A DNA stretch of 64,000 nucleotides from an uncultured virus (IMG/VR IMGVR_UViG_3300035520_001855). Taxonomy: Duplodnaviria; Heunggongvirae; Uroviricota; Caudoviricetes. The stretch lies in IMG/VR virus record IMGVR_UViG_3300035520_001855; one strand, given 5' to 3'. The translations under genes and the position numbers were made by a program. This document shows, in pieces, positions 38,213 through 48,208 of this stretch. Position 1 is the first letter of the stretch. Every line of letters starts with the position of its first letter. Below the pieces are notes generated by a model. The model made no database searches. It was not told where the DNA came from and saw only the letters and a program-made list of their open reading frames with translations.

Positions 38213-38565
38213 TTGTACACCCCACTTTGAACATCTTCAAATAAATTTGTTTTTAACATATTTACTGCAATTCTTATTTCATTCAAATCTGCTAAATAAA
38301 CTTTTAGATACTGTGCAACTACTCTGGAATCTGTATTATCAAGTTCATGAACTTTATTATTATAATAGACTAAAATAGTTTTTAGCTCTGCTTTAATATC
38401 ATTTATCATGTTCTCTTTTATGGATTCACTTAAATTTGGATTATGCATAAGTTTTTGATAGCCTTCGCACTTTCCTAAAAATTCATCTTTATTCATAATG
38501 AAGTTTTTCAATTTGACTGCCTCCATCAACATAACATCACCTTCTTGTATATAAAATAGGTTCAT
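38209..38565 (-). CDS. Hypothetical protein
   Basis: Helical ORF whose TGA overlaps the RNAP ATG; true start may be about 38532. Confidence 0.7.
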   Translation of the reverse strand: MNLFYIQEGDVMLMEAVKLKNFIMNKDEFLGKCEGYQKLMHNPNLSESIKENMINDIKAELKTILVYYNNKVHELDNTDSRVVAQYLKVYLADLNEIRIAVNMLKTNLFEDVQSGVYK

Positions 38566-38860
38566 ATTTCTCAGTTACATCAATAACAGCTGCCTTATCA
38601 ATATCTTCAACAACTGTTGAAATATTCTCGGTTTCGATATACAGAGTTTTTGTCTCTTTATCAATACTGTCTGCACACAAGAAATAAACAACATCATTCA
38701 CACTAAATTTCTTGTGTAATTCAAAACGTAACTTGATATCATCAATTATAGTGTTGATACCACTACCAACTAATAATAGATTTTCATCTGTTGGTAGGTT
38801 TTTTATATCGTCTGCAGAGACCTCTAAAACATTTCCCGACTTAGTCATTTTAATTAACAT
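38537..38860 (-). CDS. Hypothetical protein
   Basis: Start moved to ATG 38860 (MLIKMTK) with GGAGGTG RBS. Confidence 0.7.
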   Translation of the reverse strand: MLIKMTKSGNVLEVSADDIKNLPTDENLLLVGSGINTIIDDIKLRFELHKKFSVNDVVYFLCADSIDKETKTLYIETENISTVVEDIDKAAVIDVTEKYEPILYTRR

Positions 38861-39011
38861 TATCAACACCTCCATCAAAAAACGTTGTGGCAGCTGTTGT
38901 ATCTTTATTTTCATTTTTTGCAACTTTGAATATTGTTATATCCTTACGTATATTTAACTTACCTGTTATCCTAAAATCACAATCTTTAGTTGTTCCAATT
39001 TTAATAGTCAT
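38850..39011 (-). CDS. Small hypothetical protein (53 aa)
   Basis: ATG 39011 with GGAGGT RBS; fills the gap between neighbours. Confidence 0.6.
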   Translation of the reverse strand: MTIKIGTTKDCDFRITGKLNIRKDITIFKVAKNENKDTTAATTFFDGGVDNVN

Positions 39012-39019
39012 AATACCTC

Positions 39020-40225
39020 CTAACCTAACATTGGATAACAACCAGATTGATAAAGTACATTTACATTTGATCCAACAGTTATACCTTTACTTATTAGATA
39101 TGACAAGTTATAACCTGTGATTTTTGTTATTGTTTTATTATCATCTGTCTTTAGTGGTTCCAATGTTATTTTTGTTGTATAGTTTTCACTTGAATTTCCT
39201 TCAAATTCAAAACTTATGTCTTTGACAGTTCCAACATATACTTTAGCTTGAAACTCATTAAATTTTAAAGCTATACTACCATCTGAATATAAGTCACTTA
39301 TTCCAGCTTTATTATAACTAGCTAAATTATCTAATCTAGCTACAACACCATCAGCCTGTATACCAAGTTTAATGGCTTTCGTGTGCAGTTGTGCTGTTAT
39401 ATTATCAATCCAATCTGAAAAGGACTCAAACCCATTATCAACAAAAGTATCTACAACACTAGGCACTATCTCGAATCCCAGTTTTTCTAAAGCAGATATT
39501 TGCTCAATATAAGAAGATTTTACTTGACTTGTATCAAAAGCAAATAATCTTAAATGTGGTAGAACATCTTCATGTATATCTGTAGACAATATTCCGAGTG
39601 CTGCTGATCTGCCATTTTTGTAAGGTGTTAAACTATTACTTAAAAATTTTACACCCTCATCATCAATAATGCCCTCAGCGGCTACTAAAATAATATTACC
39701 TTCTGACCCTCTAATTCTTCCAAGCATGCCTTTATTTAATTTCTTTTTTATTGTTTTTGTGAAATCTGTTACAACATCTGTCCTGCCCTTTGAGTAAGCT
39801 TCTTGAACTAGTGTCGTGTTCTTTGACATGAGTATACGAGTTGATATACCGTCAACCTTTAATGTATGACATATTAACTCGTTGTTATGTTGTTTATACC
39901 ATTGGTAGGCATCTTCTTTTGTTCTGACTGGTCTTTGTGATATTGGGAGAACATCTAAAGCACTTGAAGCTTCGCCTACATAATAATTTTTTTTGTTTAT
40001 TGTACCTTGTAAAGTTATATTATATTTTTCAAGTAAATCTGTTGGTTCATTATCATCTTCATATGAAGTATTAAATATTCTTTCATCTGGGTACATATTT
40101 TTTAAAACAGTTTCCATTCTGTCATAAATACTATCACTAAAGATAGGTGCACCAATTTTGTAAGCATACCTGGCTATTTTATAAATGTCCATATAATTAT
40201 TAGACTCCAGCAAATCATTTAACAA
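39020..40225 (-). CDS. ligA: NAD-dependent DNA ligase N-terminal part (domain Ia, adenylation, OB)
   Basis: AYKIGAPIFSDSIYD (Ia), LKVDG (KxDG), ADGVVARLD, IALKF, and OB-fold end ITVGSNVNV...SGCYP, followed by a stop. Confidence 0.85.
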   Translation of the reverse strand: MLNDLLESNNYMDIYKIARYAYKIGAPIFSDSIYDRMETVLKNMYPDERIFNTSYEDDNEPTDLLEKYNITLQGTINKKNYYVGEASSALDVLPISQRPVRTKEDAYQWYKQHNNELICHTLKVDGISTRILMSKNTTLVQEAYSKGRTDVVTDFTKTIKKKLNKGMLGRIRGSEGNIILVAAEGIIDDEGVKFLSNSLTPYKNGRSAALGILSTDIHEDVLPHLRLFAFDTSQVKSSYIEQISALEKLGFEIVPSVVDTFVDNGFESFSDWIDNITAQLHTKAIKLGIQADGVVARLDNLASYNKAGISDLYSDGSIALKFNEFQAKVYVGTVKDISFEFEGNSSENYTTKITLEPLKTDDNKTITKITGYNLSYLISKGITVGSNVNVLYQSGCYPMLG

Positions 40226-40228
40226 AAC

Positions 40229-41149
40229 TTAATTCCTCCTTCCATAAGCAATATACATGTCACCTAAATGATATTCCTGTCCCAAATTGATTACATAAGA
40301 AGGAAACTCACTATGATAGAATATTGCTAAAATTACACTATCATACTCACCCATCAGTCGATTCATTGAGTTATCGAGTAACAATTCCTCATTTGCATAA
40401 ACCAATGGTGTATCTTCGTCTGCTATATTGCTACGTACATAATTAATTGTATTTTTTATATTACTTTTGTTACATTGAAATAGCTGATATTTATATTTCC
40501 TACCTTCTCTGTATTCCATTGATGTATTCACTATTCTAGTACCATCATCTGCATAATTTAAACGCATATAACCGTTTATGATACCATAAGCTTCATATGC
40601 ATCAAAATCTTTATGAGAAAAAGCTTTAAATTTTTCTAAAGCAGGATTCTCAACTATTGCTTGATTAACACAAGCATCTTTTATAAATTCTCGTGTATAC
40701 TTAATATCAGCCATCTCTGACTCTTTAAAAAATCCTTTTCTCCAAACAGGAGGTGCTATGCCTGCTATCTTCACTTCATGCTTATCATAAACCTTTGTGT
40801 AAGATTTGATTACTGATGTGATTTCATTAATAACATTTTCAAGTGGCGTTATATGCCTGTGCTTTTCAAATACAAAATGTCTGACTGATAATGTTTTTAA
40901 TAGCACATGCAATTCCTTCTTTAAAGCACGCTTATATTCATTAACACTCATATCATCTCTAGGTAATTCAGTTAAAAACATTAAATCCTTGCTTTGAATA
41001 CAGATTCCTGTTGATGAAGATGATTGATCAATACCTATATCAACTGAATAATCTGACTTTAAATTAGGTGAATGTAACCACTCCAATTTATAAACTTTAC
41101 CATTATAGTAGCATGCAAATGGTTTATTTGAAAATTCATTTGTATACAT
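40229..41149 (-). CDS. RuvC-like Holliday junction resolvase with C-terminal extension
   Basis: IGIDQSSSSTG, FVFEK, APPVWRK and DFDAYEAYGI match phage-type RuvC. Confidence 0.75.
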   Translation of the reverse strand: MYTNEFSNKPFACYYNGKVYKLEWLHSPNLKSDYSVDIGIDQSSSSTGICIQSKDLMFLTELPRDDMSVNEYKRALKKELHVLLKTLSVRHFVFEKHRHITPLENVINEITSVIKSYTKVYDKHEVKIAGIAPPVWRKGFFKESEMADIKYTREFIKDACVNQAIVENPALEKFKAFSHKDFDAYEAYGIINGYMRLNYADDGTRIVNTSMEYREGRKYKYQLFQCNKSNIKNTINYVRSNIADEDTPLVYANEELLLDNSMNRLMGEYDSVILAIFYHSEFPSYVINLGQEYHLGDMYIAYGRRN

Positions 41150-41162
41150 ACTCCACCTCCAA

Positions 41163-41231
41163 TCTTAAATTCACATCTATGTATACTAATGATTTATTAA
41201 AATCACTAATATACATAATCTAAATTTAAGA
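41163..41231. promoter_or_regulatory. Long imperfect hairpin filling the intergenic leader of the RuvC-like gene
   Basis: Nested arms tcttaaatt/aatttaaga, tatgtata/tatacata, tgattt/aaatca. Confidence 0.55.
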
Positions 41232-41239
41232 AATACTTT

Positions 41240-41758
41240 TTATTTATTTTTCATAATTTCCTCATATTTCTTCAGCCATTTGTTAAAGTTATATTCAAAG
41301 GCACCTATGAATTCATCATCTTTATAAGCTTCAATCATCAATACATAATGGTCTTTATACTTGTTTAAGATAATAACTGAGTCATATCTAAATCCCTGGT
41401 TAAACTTTATTGATATTCTTGCAATTGGTGCAGTATTACTGTTTACAATGCTATCCTTAAACTCTTTTAGATAATTTAACTGAGTTGTTACCGGAATATC
41501 CTTTATAGTCCTAAAAACCTTGTCGGAGATGTTATCTATAACATTTGGAAGTTTCTTTCCCCAAACATCTTTCAGAGTTTTTACTGACTTATCAATATCA
41601 TCATCTGTTTGCTCAGCTTGTAATGTATCCTGTGTAACTGTGAAATCATCAATAGTGTAAAAAACTCTATCAGGTTTAATTGCAAATTCAGGTGCAATAT
41701 CAACAGATTTACTAGCTGTTTTACCTACACTAAATTCCGATGTTTTTGTTTTTAACAT
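41240..41758 (-). CDS. Hypothetical protein
   Basis: 172-aa ORF, AAGGGAGG RBS, start abuts the upstream stop. Confidence 0.7.
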   Translation of the reverse strand: MLKTKTSEFSVGKTASKSVDIAPEFAIKPDRVFYTIDDFTVTQDTLQAEQTDDDIDKSVKTLKDVWGKKLPNVIDNISDKVFRTIKDIPVTTQLNYLKEFKDSIVNSNTAPIARISIKFNQGFRYDSVIILNKYKDHYVLMIEAYKDDEFIGAFEYNFNKWLKKYEEIMKNK

Positions 41759-42268
41759 TTATTTTCCCTCCCTTTGAAGTCTTGTGACATACTCTAAAAT
41801 TTCAATGTGACTTGCATTTAACTTTGGTTTCTCTAAAATTTTAATTCTAGTTAAAGGCTTACTAAACTCTAGTCGTGCACAAGCATCCTTTACACCTTTT
41901 AATGTATTAATTGATGGTCTTCCACTTTTATCTGTCAAATCTACAAAACCCAGTTCTTCCCTTATTTCTGGGTGCTTGTCTAAATATTTTGATAGAGCAT
42001 CAAAATAATTCTTAGTTCCATAATTGACTTGGTAAAAATCTTCAATCAATTTAGAAGGTCCACCACCGTGCTGACATGAGAAGCAGTGCCATTTATTTTT
42101 TGCAAAATCAACAAACATTGATGGTCTTGTTTCTTCATGCATAAGACAGGAACATCTTCCTTTAACGTCTAGAGTAATATCAAATTCATCAACAATATCC
42201 ATTATTGGCGAATTGTTTAGTAAGTCCTCCAAAGCTTTAACCTTTTGTAAATCATACACAAATATCAC
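41759..42268 (-). CDS. Stand-alone CHC2 Zn-finger (DnaG primase zinc-binding domain)
   Basis: CLMHEETRPSM...WHCFSCQHGG; only 169 aa, with no TOPRIM domain. Confidence 0.85.
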   Translation of the reverse strand: MIFVYDLQKVKALEDLLNNSPIMDIVDEFDITLDVKGRCSCLMHEETRPSMFVDFAKNKWHCFSCQHGGGPSKLIEDFYQVNYGTKNYFDALSKYLDKHPEIREELGFVDLTDKSGRPSINTLKGVKDACARLEFSKPLTRIKILEKPKLNASHIEILEYVTRLQREGK

Positions 42269-44034
42269 TCACTATCATCTTTAAATTTCTTTACTTCCTC
42301 AGCTATTTGGTTAAATACAGTTTTTGTGTTTTCACCTTTATTGAGGAATCTACTAAATAAGTCATTTAGATTACTGCTTGCATCTGATTCTGATATCTTA
42401 GCTCGCCAACGCTTAACCATTTTGTTTTCAACAAGTGTTGTCTTTTCTGACATATACTTGTCTGTATCGACAGACTTAAGCGTGCCATCTAAATCAATAG
42501 TCATTTCATCAGTACCAGTTTTTAATCTCAAAGTTAAAATTCCCCTTGTGTCAATAGTTGCAACTAAGTCAAAATCTGTAGATGTATCTTTCTTCTTCAG
42601 ATTGTATTCTGCTATCTTCAGACATAAATCAGCCTTTGTTGCCTCTCCTGTGTAGAAACGTAACGGTATATCACCTGTTTCAGATTTTAAAGTATAAGAC
42701 TTAGCTACCATAGCAGGGAGTGGTGTATTCTTACGAATAATTTGATCAACTCTACCTGCTATCAATTCACCTGTATCTGGATCTCTGTTTGATACTCCAA
42801 GTGAGATTGTGTAAGGTGCTACATCAGATATTTTTAAATTAGAGCTTCCTAAAGTTACAGCAGTCTTTATTGATGCTCCGAGAGAAACCGATAAATCTGG
42901 TTCCATTGTGCTGATAATATCATACTTTACACTATAGTCATCATTTAATAACTGTTGAAGATATAGATTCTTGGTCGATCCACCAATAAGAATAATTTCA
43001 GATATATCTTCTGATGTATTTCTTGCAAGAAGTTTTCTTATACAAGTTTTAGTCTTCTTATAAATATCTTCTGTGCTCTTTTTTATATGATCAAAACTAA
43101 TTGTAAAAACTTCTGTACATTCAGGAATATATTGCTCCATACTGATTTTTACAACTCCACCCATATGTCCTGCAAGACTAATTTTAGCTTCAGAAGCTGC
43201 AAATCTCAACTTTTCAAATACATCCTTTTGAAGATTTATAATCTTATCTTTAATCTTTATATCTGTATACAGCTCAGCATAATCAGCTAAAGCATAATTT
43301 AATGTAGCTGTATCAATGTCATCACCACCTAATTTTCTGTTACCTCCTGAAGCAATTACTTCAAATTTTGGTTCACTTGTTGATTCTGTTATTGTTGTTG
43401 ATAAATCAATACCAAGCTCGCTAAAATTTAAATTTAGATTTTCCAAGTTTACTGGTGCAGTTATTTTTATGTGTGTTAAATCAAATGTGCCGCCACCAAG
43501 ATCATATACAAGCACTTCCTTAGATTTTTTGATTTCGGCTATGTTGTACTGTAATGCTGCTGCTGTTGGTTCATTGATTATATCGACAACTTCCATCCCA
43601 GCTAACTCTCCAGCTCTACGAGTATCTTCACGCTCTCTACTTGAAAACTCTGCAGGCACAGTTATTGTAACTTTCTTTATATCCTTATACCCAGATGAGG
43701 CTGCTTTATCACAAATAGCTTTTAATATCATTGCTGATATTTCAATTGGTGTTTTCGTGATTTTTTCACCCTTGTACTCAAAAGTATGTACATAATCTGT
43801 GCCTATATGTGACTTTATTGAATAGCAAGCATTCGGCATATATCTGTTCTGATACGCTTCTCTACCAACCACCCATTTATCATCGCCAAGCCACATAACG
43901 CATGATGGCATTGTTGTATACAGTCTTCCTGCATCTTCAATTCTTACAATTGTAGACTTACCATCTCCAATATAAACAGACAATGCAGAATTTGTTGTAC
44001 CTAAATCAATTCCAAATAATTTCTCATTTTTCAT
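42265..44034 (-). CDS. Hsp70/DnaK-family chaperone, diverged
   Basis: GIDLGTTNS, TVPAEF, IINEPTAAAL, VYDLGGGTFD, LGGDDID, LIGGSTK, IIRKNTPLP. Confidence 0.95.
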   Translation of the reverse strand: MKNEKLFGIDLGTTNSALSVYIGDGKSTIVRIEDAGRLYTTMPSCVMWLGDDKWVVGREAYQNRYMPNACYSIKSHIGTDYVHTFEYKGEKITKTPIEISAMILKAICDKAASSGYKDIKKVTITVPAEFSSREREDTRRAGELAGMEVVDIINEPTAAALQYNIAEIKKSKEVLVYDLGGGTFDLTHIKITAPVNLENLNLNFSELGIDLSTTITESTSEPKFEVIASGGNRKLGGDDIDTATLNYALADYAELYTDIKIKDKIINLQKDVFEKLRFAASEAKISLAGHMGGVVKISMEQYIPECTEVFTISFDHIKKSTEDIYKKTKTCIRKLLARNTSEDISEIILIGGSTKNLYLQQLLNDDYSVKYDIISTMEPDLSVSLGASIKTAVTLGSSNLKISDVAPYTISLGVSNRDPDTGELIAGRVDQIIRKNTPLPAMVAKSYTLKSETGDIPLRFYTGEATKADLCLKIAEYNLKKKDTSTDFDLVATIDTRGILTLRLKTGTDEMTIDLDGTLKSVDTDKYMSEKTTLVENKMVKRWRAKISESDASSNLNDLFSRFLNKGENTKTVFNQIAEEVKKFKDDSE

Positions 44035-44861
44035 ACCTGCTGATCATCTCCTCTAAATTCACTTGTACCTTGACTATCAGGGTTTATTCCAAGTTCAAGT
44101 AATAATTTATCATCTTGTCCCAAAGGTTTTTTATTGTTTTTTACTTCGGTTGTATAATCTATTTCTGTTGATTCACTCGATGTACTTACCTTCTGTGTGT
44201 GTTGTGAGAATGATATTGTCCCTGTACCAATATTAACTTTTATTACGCAATATTTACCATTATTGCAAACTAAAAATTTATTATCCTCATTTTGAAATTG
44301 TTTGAACACTTGTTTATTTGTCAATAGAAATCCCTTTAGTTTCGAAATATTCTTTACTGCATTTATACCCTCCATTTTGACACGCAATTCTGAAATAGAT
44401 TCACTAAACAAAAACCTTGTTACTGCTGGTGCTCTAAAATTCAAAACATCATCAAATCCATATTTCCCAAATATATTTAAAAATGTTTTTTCCTCTGTAA
44501 AACCTAATGACTTATAAACTTTTAGACATAAATTGTCCAAGTAATCATTTACTTTCTCATAGTTTATAGTCAAACGTATTTTATCTTTAGATATATCAAT
44601 TTTATAAATGTATTCAAGAAAATTTTCTTTAACGTATGCGGAGACTGCATCATTTACAGTCCCCATCTCCCCCTTAATACAAAAATCAGACTTAGCTAAA
44701 AATTCTAAATAAAATATACCAACAACCATTGAAGTCTGATAAACTTCAAACATTTTAAACTTTGGTTGCTTGTTAAATGAGAGCATATTATTCCCATTCA
44801 TAAATTCGAGTATATTTACAAAAATCTCATTTTTTATTTTGTTAATTACATCAACCGACAT
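44031..44861 (-). CDS. Hypothetical protein
   Basis: 276-aa ORF whose stop overlaps the Hsp70 start. Confidence 0.7.
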   Translation of the reverse strand: MSVDVINKIKNEIFVNILEFMNGNNMLSFNKQPKFKMFEVYQTSMVVGIFYLEFLAKSDFCIKGEMGTVNDAVSAYVKENFLEYIYKIDISKDKIRLTINYEKVNDYLDNLCLKVYKSLGFTEEKTFLNIFGKYGFDDVLNFRAPAVTRFLFSESISELRVKMEGINAVKNISKLKGFLLTNKQVFKQFQNEDNKFLVCNNGKYCVIKVNIGTGTISFSQHTQKVSTSSESTEIDYTTEVKNNKKPLGQDDKLLLELGINPDSQGTSEFRGDDQQV

Positions 44862-44895
44862 TCATATCACTGCCCCCTAAATATTACTAATACTA

Positions 44896-46503
44896 TTAAT
44901 CAATTTCCCCTATTAAATTTAAAGCATCTTCTTGTGTCAATTCTTGTGAGTCATCTGTATCTTGAAGCTCTGGTGAATAGATAAAATCACAACAAACAAA
45001 GTGCTTCTTTACAATAAATGGAGAGAATACTGAATCATCTGTACTTCTTATCTTTTTAATCCAAACTTTTATTTTTGAAGATTTTTTCATATATTCATCT
45101 GCATACATCAATATCAATGTGTCAACATCCTTTGATGAACCTGATGACAATGCACCAACTCTTGTACCAGGATCATTGCCACGTTTTAATGCATCTTCTG
45201 CTGAAGTCGATGTATGTGATGTAAACAATGTACCAACACCTGTTTCAATTTTCAATGCAACCATCTGTGAAGTTAAATAAGCTGCTGCTGAATAAATATC
45301 CTTTAAAAATACTCCAGAACCATCATTATTAATAGTCAAAGAGCCATAGTGGTCAATAATAACATGACCAAACTTAAGATTAGGATATTTGTTCATTTTA
45401 CGTTTAACCTCATCTTTATAAGTGTTGTATGTAAATCTATCAACTGGCAACAATTTACCGTAGTTTGGATTATTAAAGAATTCATGTCTAGCCTGTCTGA
45501 TAACAGCCTGCCATTCTTCTGGTAATTGTGTTATATCTCCTGAAATTTCTCTTTGTGATATCTCAAATCCTGTTGTTATGAAAATATAGTACGATAAAAT
45601 CATATCTGTTATTTTAGTAGCACCGGATTCACCACACATAAAAATCACAGAATATCCATTCATGATTTCTCTGCATGCAAAACCTGCACAATAATTTGTT
45701 TTACCTGTACCTTCTGTTGCACAGATATTTATTATGTCTGAACGACATGCATCTGCGTATCTATCTATCGGTTCTAAACCAAATGTACCTATTGGTGTCA
45801 TGTCAATTTTGTCATTTGCACGCATTCTATTGTAATTTTCAATAGAATCTAATGCATCTATGGCATCATCAATTGATTCCCAGACTGCACGTTTACGTTC
45901 AAGTTTTGATTTAATATTACTTATTAAATCAAAATATCCTTCAGGTCCACTAAATACTTTTTTATTTATCTGTACACTATCCTCAATACAATTTGCAGAC
46001 AGTTTTATAGATTGTATACTATAGTCTTTCATCAGAGACTGATATAAATTGTTTAACCTAAATAAACCCTCCTCCAACGGAATGTTCAATGTGACAAGTT
46101 CATCAAATTTATTCATTAGATAAGAGTACAAGATATTCTTTGTGCGTATCTCTCCATCATATGTATCCATCTCTGGTGTTTCCTGTAGCATTGCAAAAAT
46201 CTCTCTAAGATTAAGTTCAGGATCTTTTATGAAGTTGTCAATATTTATTAAGACATAATGTTTAAACATTTCCTGTGAAATTGTTATACTATGTAAGGAT
46301 GCTGATGATATTTTCATCCTTTCTAAACGCCTTAAAAGACCGTACATGATATATTGAAACCCTGAGCATTCATCTCTCTCCAAGATAGTTAAAAATTTAT
46401 TTACAAGTTCTGTATTAGAACTTGAGTTACACAAAATTGCAGATAAAATAATGTCTGCTTCATTTTGGCTGTCTTCTGATAATTTAATATTTATATTATC
46501 CAA
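44896..46503 (-). CDS. DnaB-like (SF4) replicative helicase
   Basis: Walker A ATEGTGKT, H1a IFMCGE, Walker B VIIDH, FTSH, SKDVDTLILM, KKIR. Confidence 0.8.
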   Translation of the reverse strand: MDNINIKLSEDSQNEADIILSAILCNSSSNTELVNKFLTILERDECSGFQYIMYGLLRRLERMKISSASLHSITISQEMFKHYVLINIDNFIKDPELNLREIFAMLQETPEMDTYDGEIRTKNILYSYLMNKFDELVTLNIPLEEGLFRLNNLYQSLMKDYSIQSIKLSANCIEDSVQINKKVFSGPEGYFDLISNIKSKLERKRAVWESIDDAIDALDSIENYNRMRANDKIDMTPIGTFGLEPIDRYADACRSDIINICATEGTGKTNYCAGFACREIMNGYSVIFMCGESGATKITDMILSYYIFITTGFEISQREISGDITQLPEEWQAVIRQARHEFFNNPNYGKLLPVDRFTYNTYKDEVKRKMNKYPNLKFGHVIIDHYGSLTINNDGSGVFLKDIYSAAAYLTSQMVALKIETGVGTLFTSHTSTSAEDALKRGNDPGTRVGALSSGSSKDVDTLILMYADEYMKKSSKIKVWIKKIRSTDDSVFSPFIVKKHFVCCDFIYSPELQDTDDSQELTQEDALNLIGEID

Positions 46504-46506
46504 AAC

Positions 46507-47889
46507 TTAGCCTCCTTCTATCGCTCTGCTGATTTCCCTGAATGTCTCCACGTCTTTGCCGAGAGACTCTTCAAGCCATTTACATCTTTTATAAACATTC
46601 TCTTGATATTGTTCTACCTCCACTGTGTCCTTGGTTAAAATGATATAAATTTCTAAATCTTTTATCATGAAACCTCGTACACATCTTCCAAGCATTTGTA
46701 CAGATCTATTTGTGAACTGCCAGAATATTAAGTAGTCACAGGCTAAATTCAATGACATTGTTAGATTGGTAATTATTATGTCAATTTCACCATGGTGAAA
46801 CAATTCAATAACTTGTTGTCTAATCTTTTTGTTTTCTGTATCACCGTTCACTACGAAAGCTCTTATACCCATAGACCTGAGTCTTGAACAAAGTGCTTCA
46901 CTAATGTCTCTGTTATATGCATAACATAACCCCACCTTATGCTGATCAGCTAAATATTTAACTAATCTATAGAAAACCTCTGCTTGTTTACTATCTGGAT
47001 TACCTTTGATAATCTGAAAAGCGTCCTTCAAGCTACAGGCTTTTTGTTCTGGTGTAGGTTCAACTTCCAATACATAAGAATGATAATTGCCCTTTAAACC
47101 TAATTCAGATCTTGTCCAAGACACATATCTTGGATAAATCTCATTAGAGAAATTATCTAAATGTTTATAATCAATTAATTCAAAATCAGCATTCCTCACT
47201 TCATAATCTCGTAAAAATGCTTGACCACCTGGAATCATATTTGAATCAAACAGTTCGATCAAGCTAATTATCTGCTTTGGGGATGTTGTTATTGGTGTAG
47301 CAGTTAAAGCCATTCTAAATTCAACTTTACCACTAATTGCTTTAACATAAGAATTTACTAAAGATTTGTTTGATAACTCATGTGCTTCATCAAATACAGC
47401 TACCTTAATTTTATGATTGTTTTTGACAAACCAATTAGCAAATTCTATAGAATATAAGGCTTTATAAGAACACACTAAAATTGTTGTATCTTGGATATTT
47501 TTGTATGTTAATTTTCCTATTGAGTCCGACTCACCTGTTACAGGTATTACTTTGTAAGAGCAGCCCTCTTTAAAATCATTCGTACACTGTTCTATTGACT
47601 CAGGTAAACAGAAAAATATACCAATGTGGTTATCAAAATTATTTAAAACCTTTACCATATATGCCATAGCAGTCATTGTTTTTCCCAGACCTGTATCAAG
47701 TGAGATGATAGATCCCTTTGAGATAAAACAATGTTCGACGCAGAACGACTGAAACCATGCTAATGTCATATTATTCAATAAGTCAGAATTCCCTAAATAA
47801 TCTGGATTTTCATCTTCTAATGACAGAGTTAATTTCATCATTGCGTCTATTTGTTTTTTATTCATTGACCCCCAAAACATATTACTCAA
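46507..47889 (-). CDS. SNF2-like SF2 helicase
   Basis: LDTGLGKT, VFDEAH, ALTATP, SLNL, QMLGRCVR. Confidence 0.85.
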   Translation of the reverse strand: MSNMFWGSMNKKQIDAMMKLTLSLEDENPDYLGNSDLLNNMTLAWFQSFCVEHCFISKGSIISLDTGLGKTMTAMAYMVKVLNNFDNHIGIFFCLPESIEQCTNDFKEGCSYKVIPVTGESDSIGKLTYKNIQDTTILVCSYKALYSIEFANWFVKNNHKIKVAVFDEAHELSNKSLVNSYVKAISGKVEFRMALTATPITTSPKQIISLIELFDSNMIPGGQAFLRDYEVRNADFELIDYKHLDNFSNEIYPRYVSWTRSELGLKGNYHSYVLEVEPTPEQKACSLKDAFQIIKGNPDSKQAEVFYRLVKYLADQHKVGLCYAYNRDISEALCSRLRSMGIRAFVVNGDTENKKIRQQVIELFHHGEIDIIITNLTMSLNLACDYLIFWQFTNRSVQMLGRCVRGFMIKDLEIYIILTKDTVEVEQYQENVYKRCKWLEESLGKDVETFREISRAIEGG

Positions 47890-48208
47890 ACCTTTCAGGT
47901 AATAGTATTCCTAAAATCTTATAGGAAGACATCTTTATTGTTTTAACTAGTGCCAAATCATCTTGACCCATTCCATCACAAGAAATTTTAGTTTTCATAA
48001 AAATCTGTAAAACATTTTGTAACACCTCTGTATCAGGTGTTTTCTTGTCTGTTGTATTCAGCTCTGTAACGCATTTAAGTATGTCTTCCGTTGATGTGTC
48101 ACTTGCTAAATCCAAATACTCTAAAGTGATTGGTTTTAACGCATCACAAGTATTTACTAATCCTGTGATGTACATATACTCTACAGGTGTAAAACTTATA
48201 TTGCTCAT
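47882..48208 (-). CDS. Hypothetical protein
   Basis: 108-aa ORF overlapping both neighbours. Confidence 0.65.
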   Translation of the reverse strand: MSNISFTPVEYMYITGLVNTCDALKPITLEYLDLASDTSTEDILKCVTELNTTDKKTPDTEVLQNVLQIFMKTKISCDGMGQDDLALVKTIKMSSYKILGILLPERFE

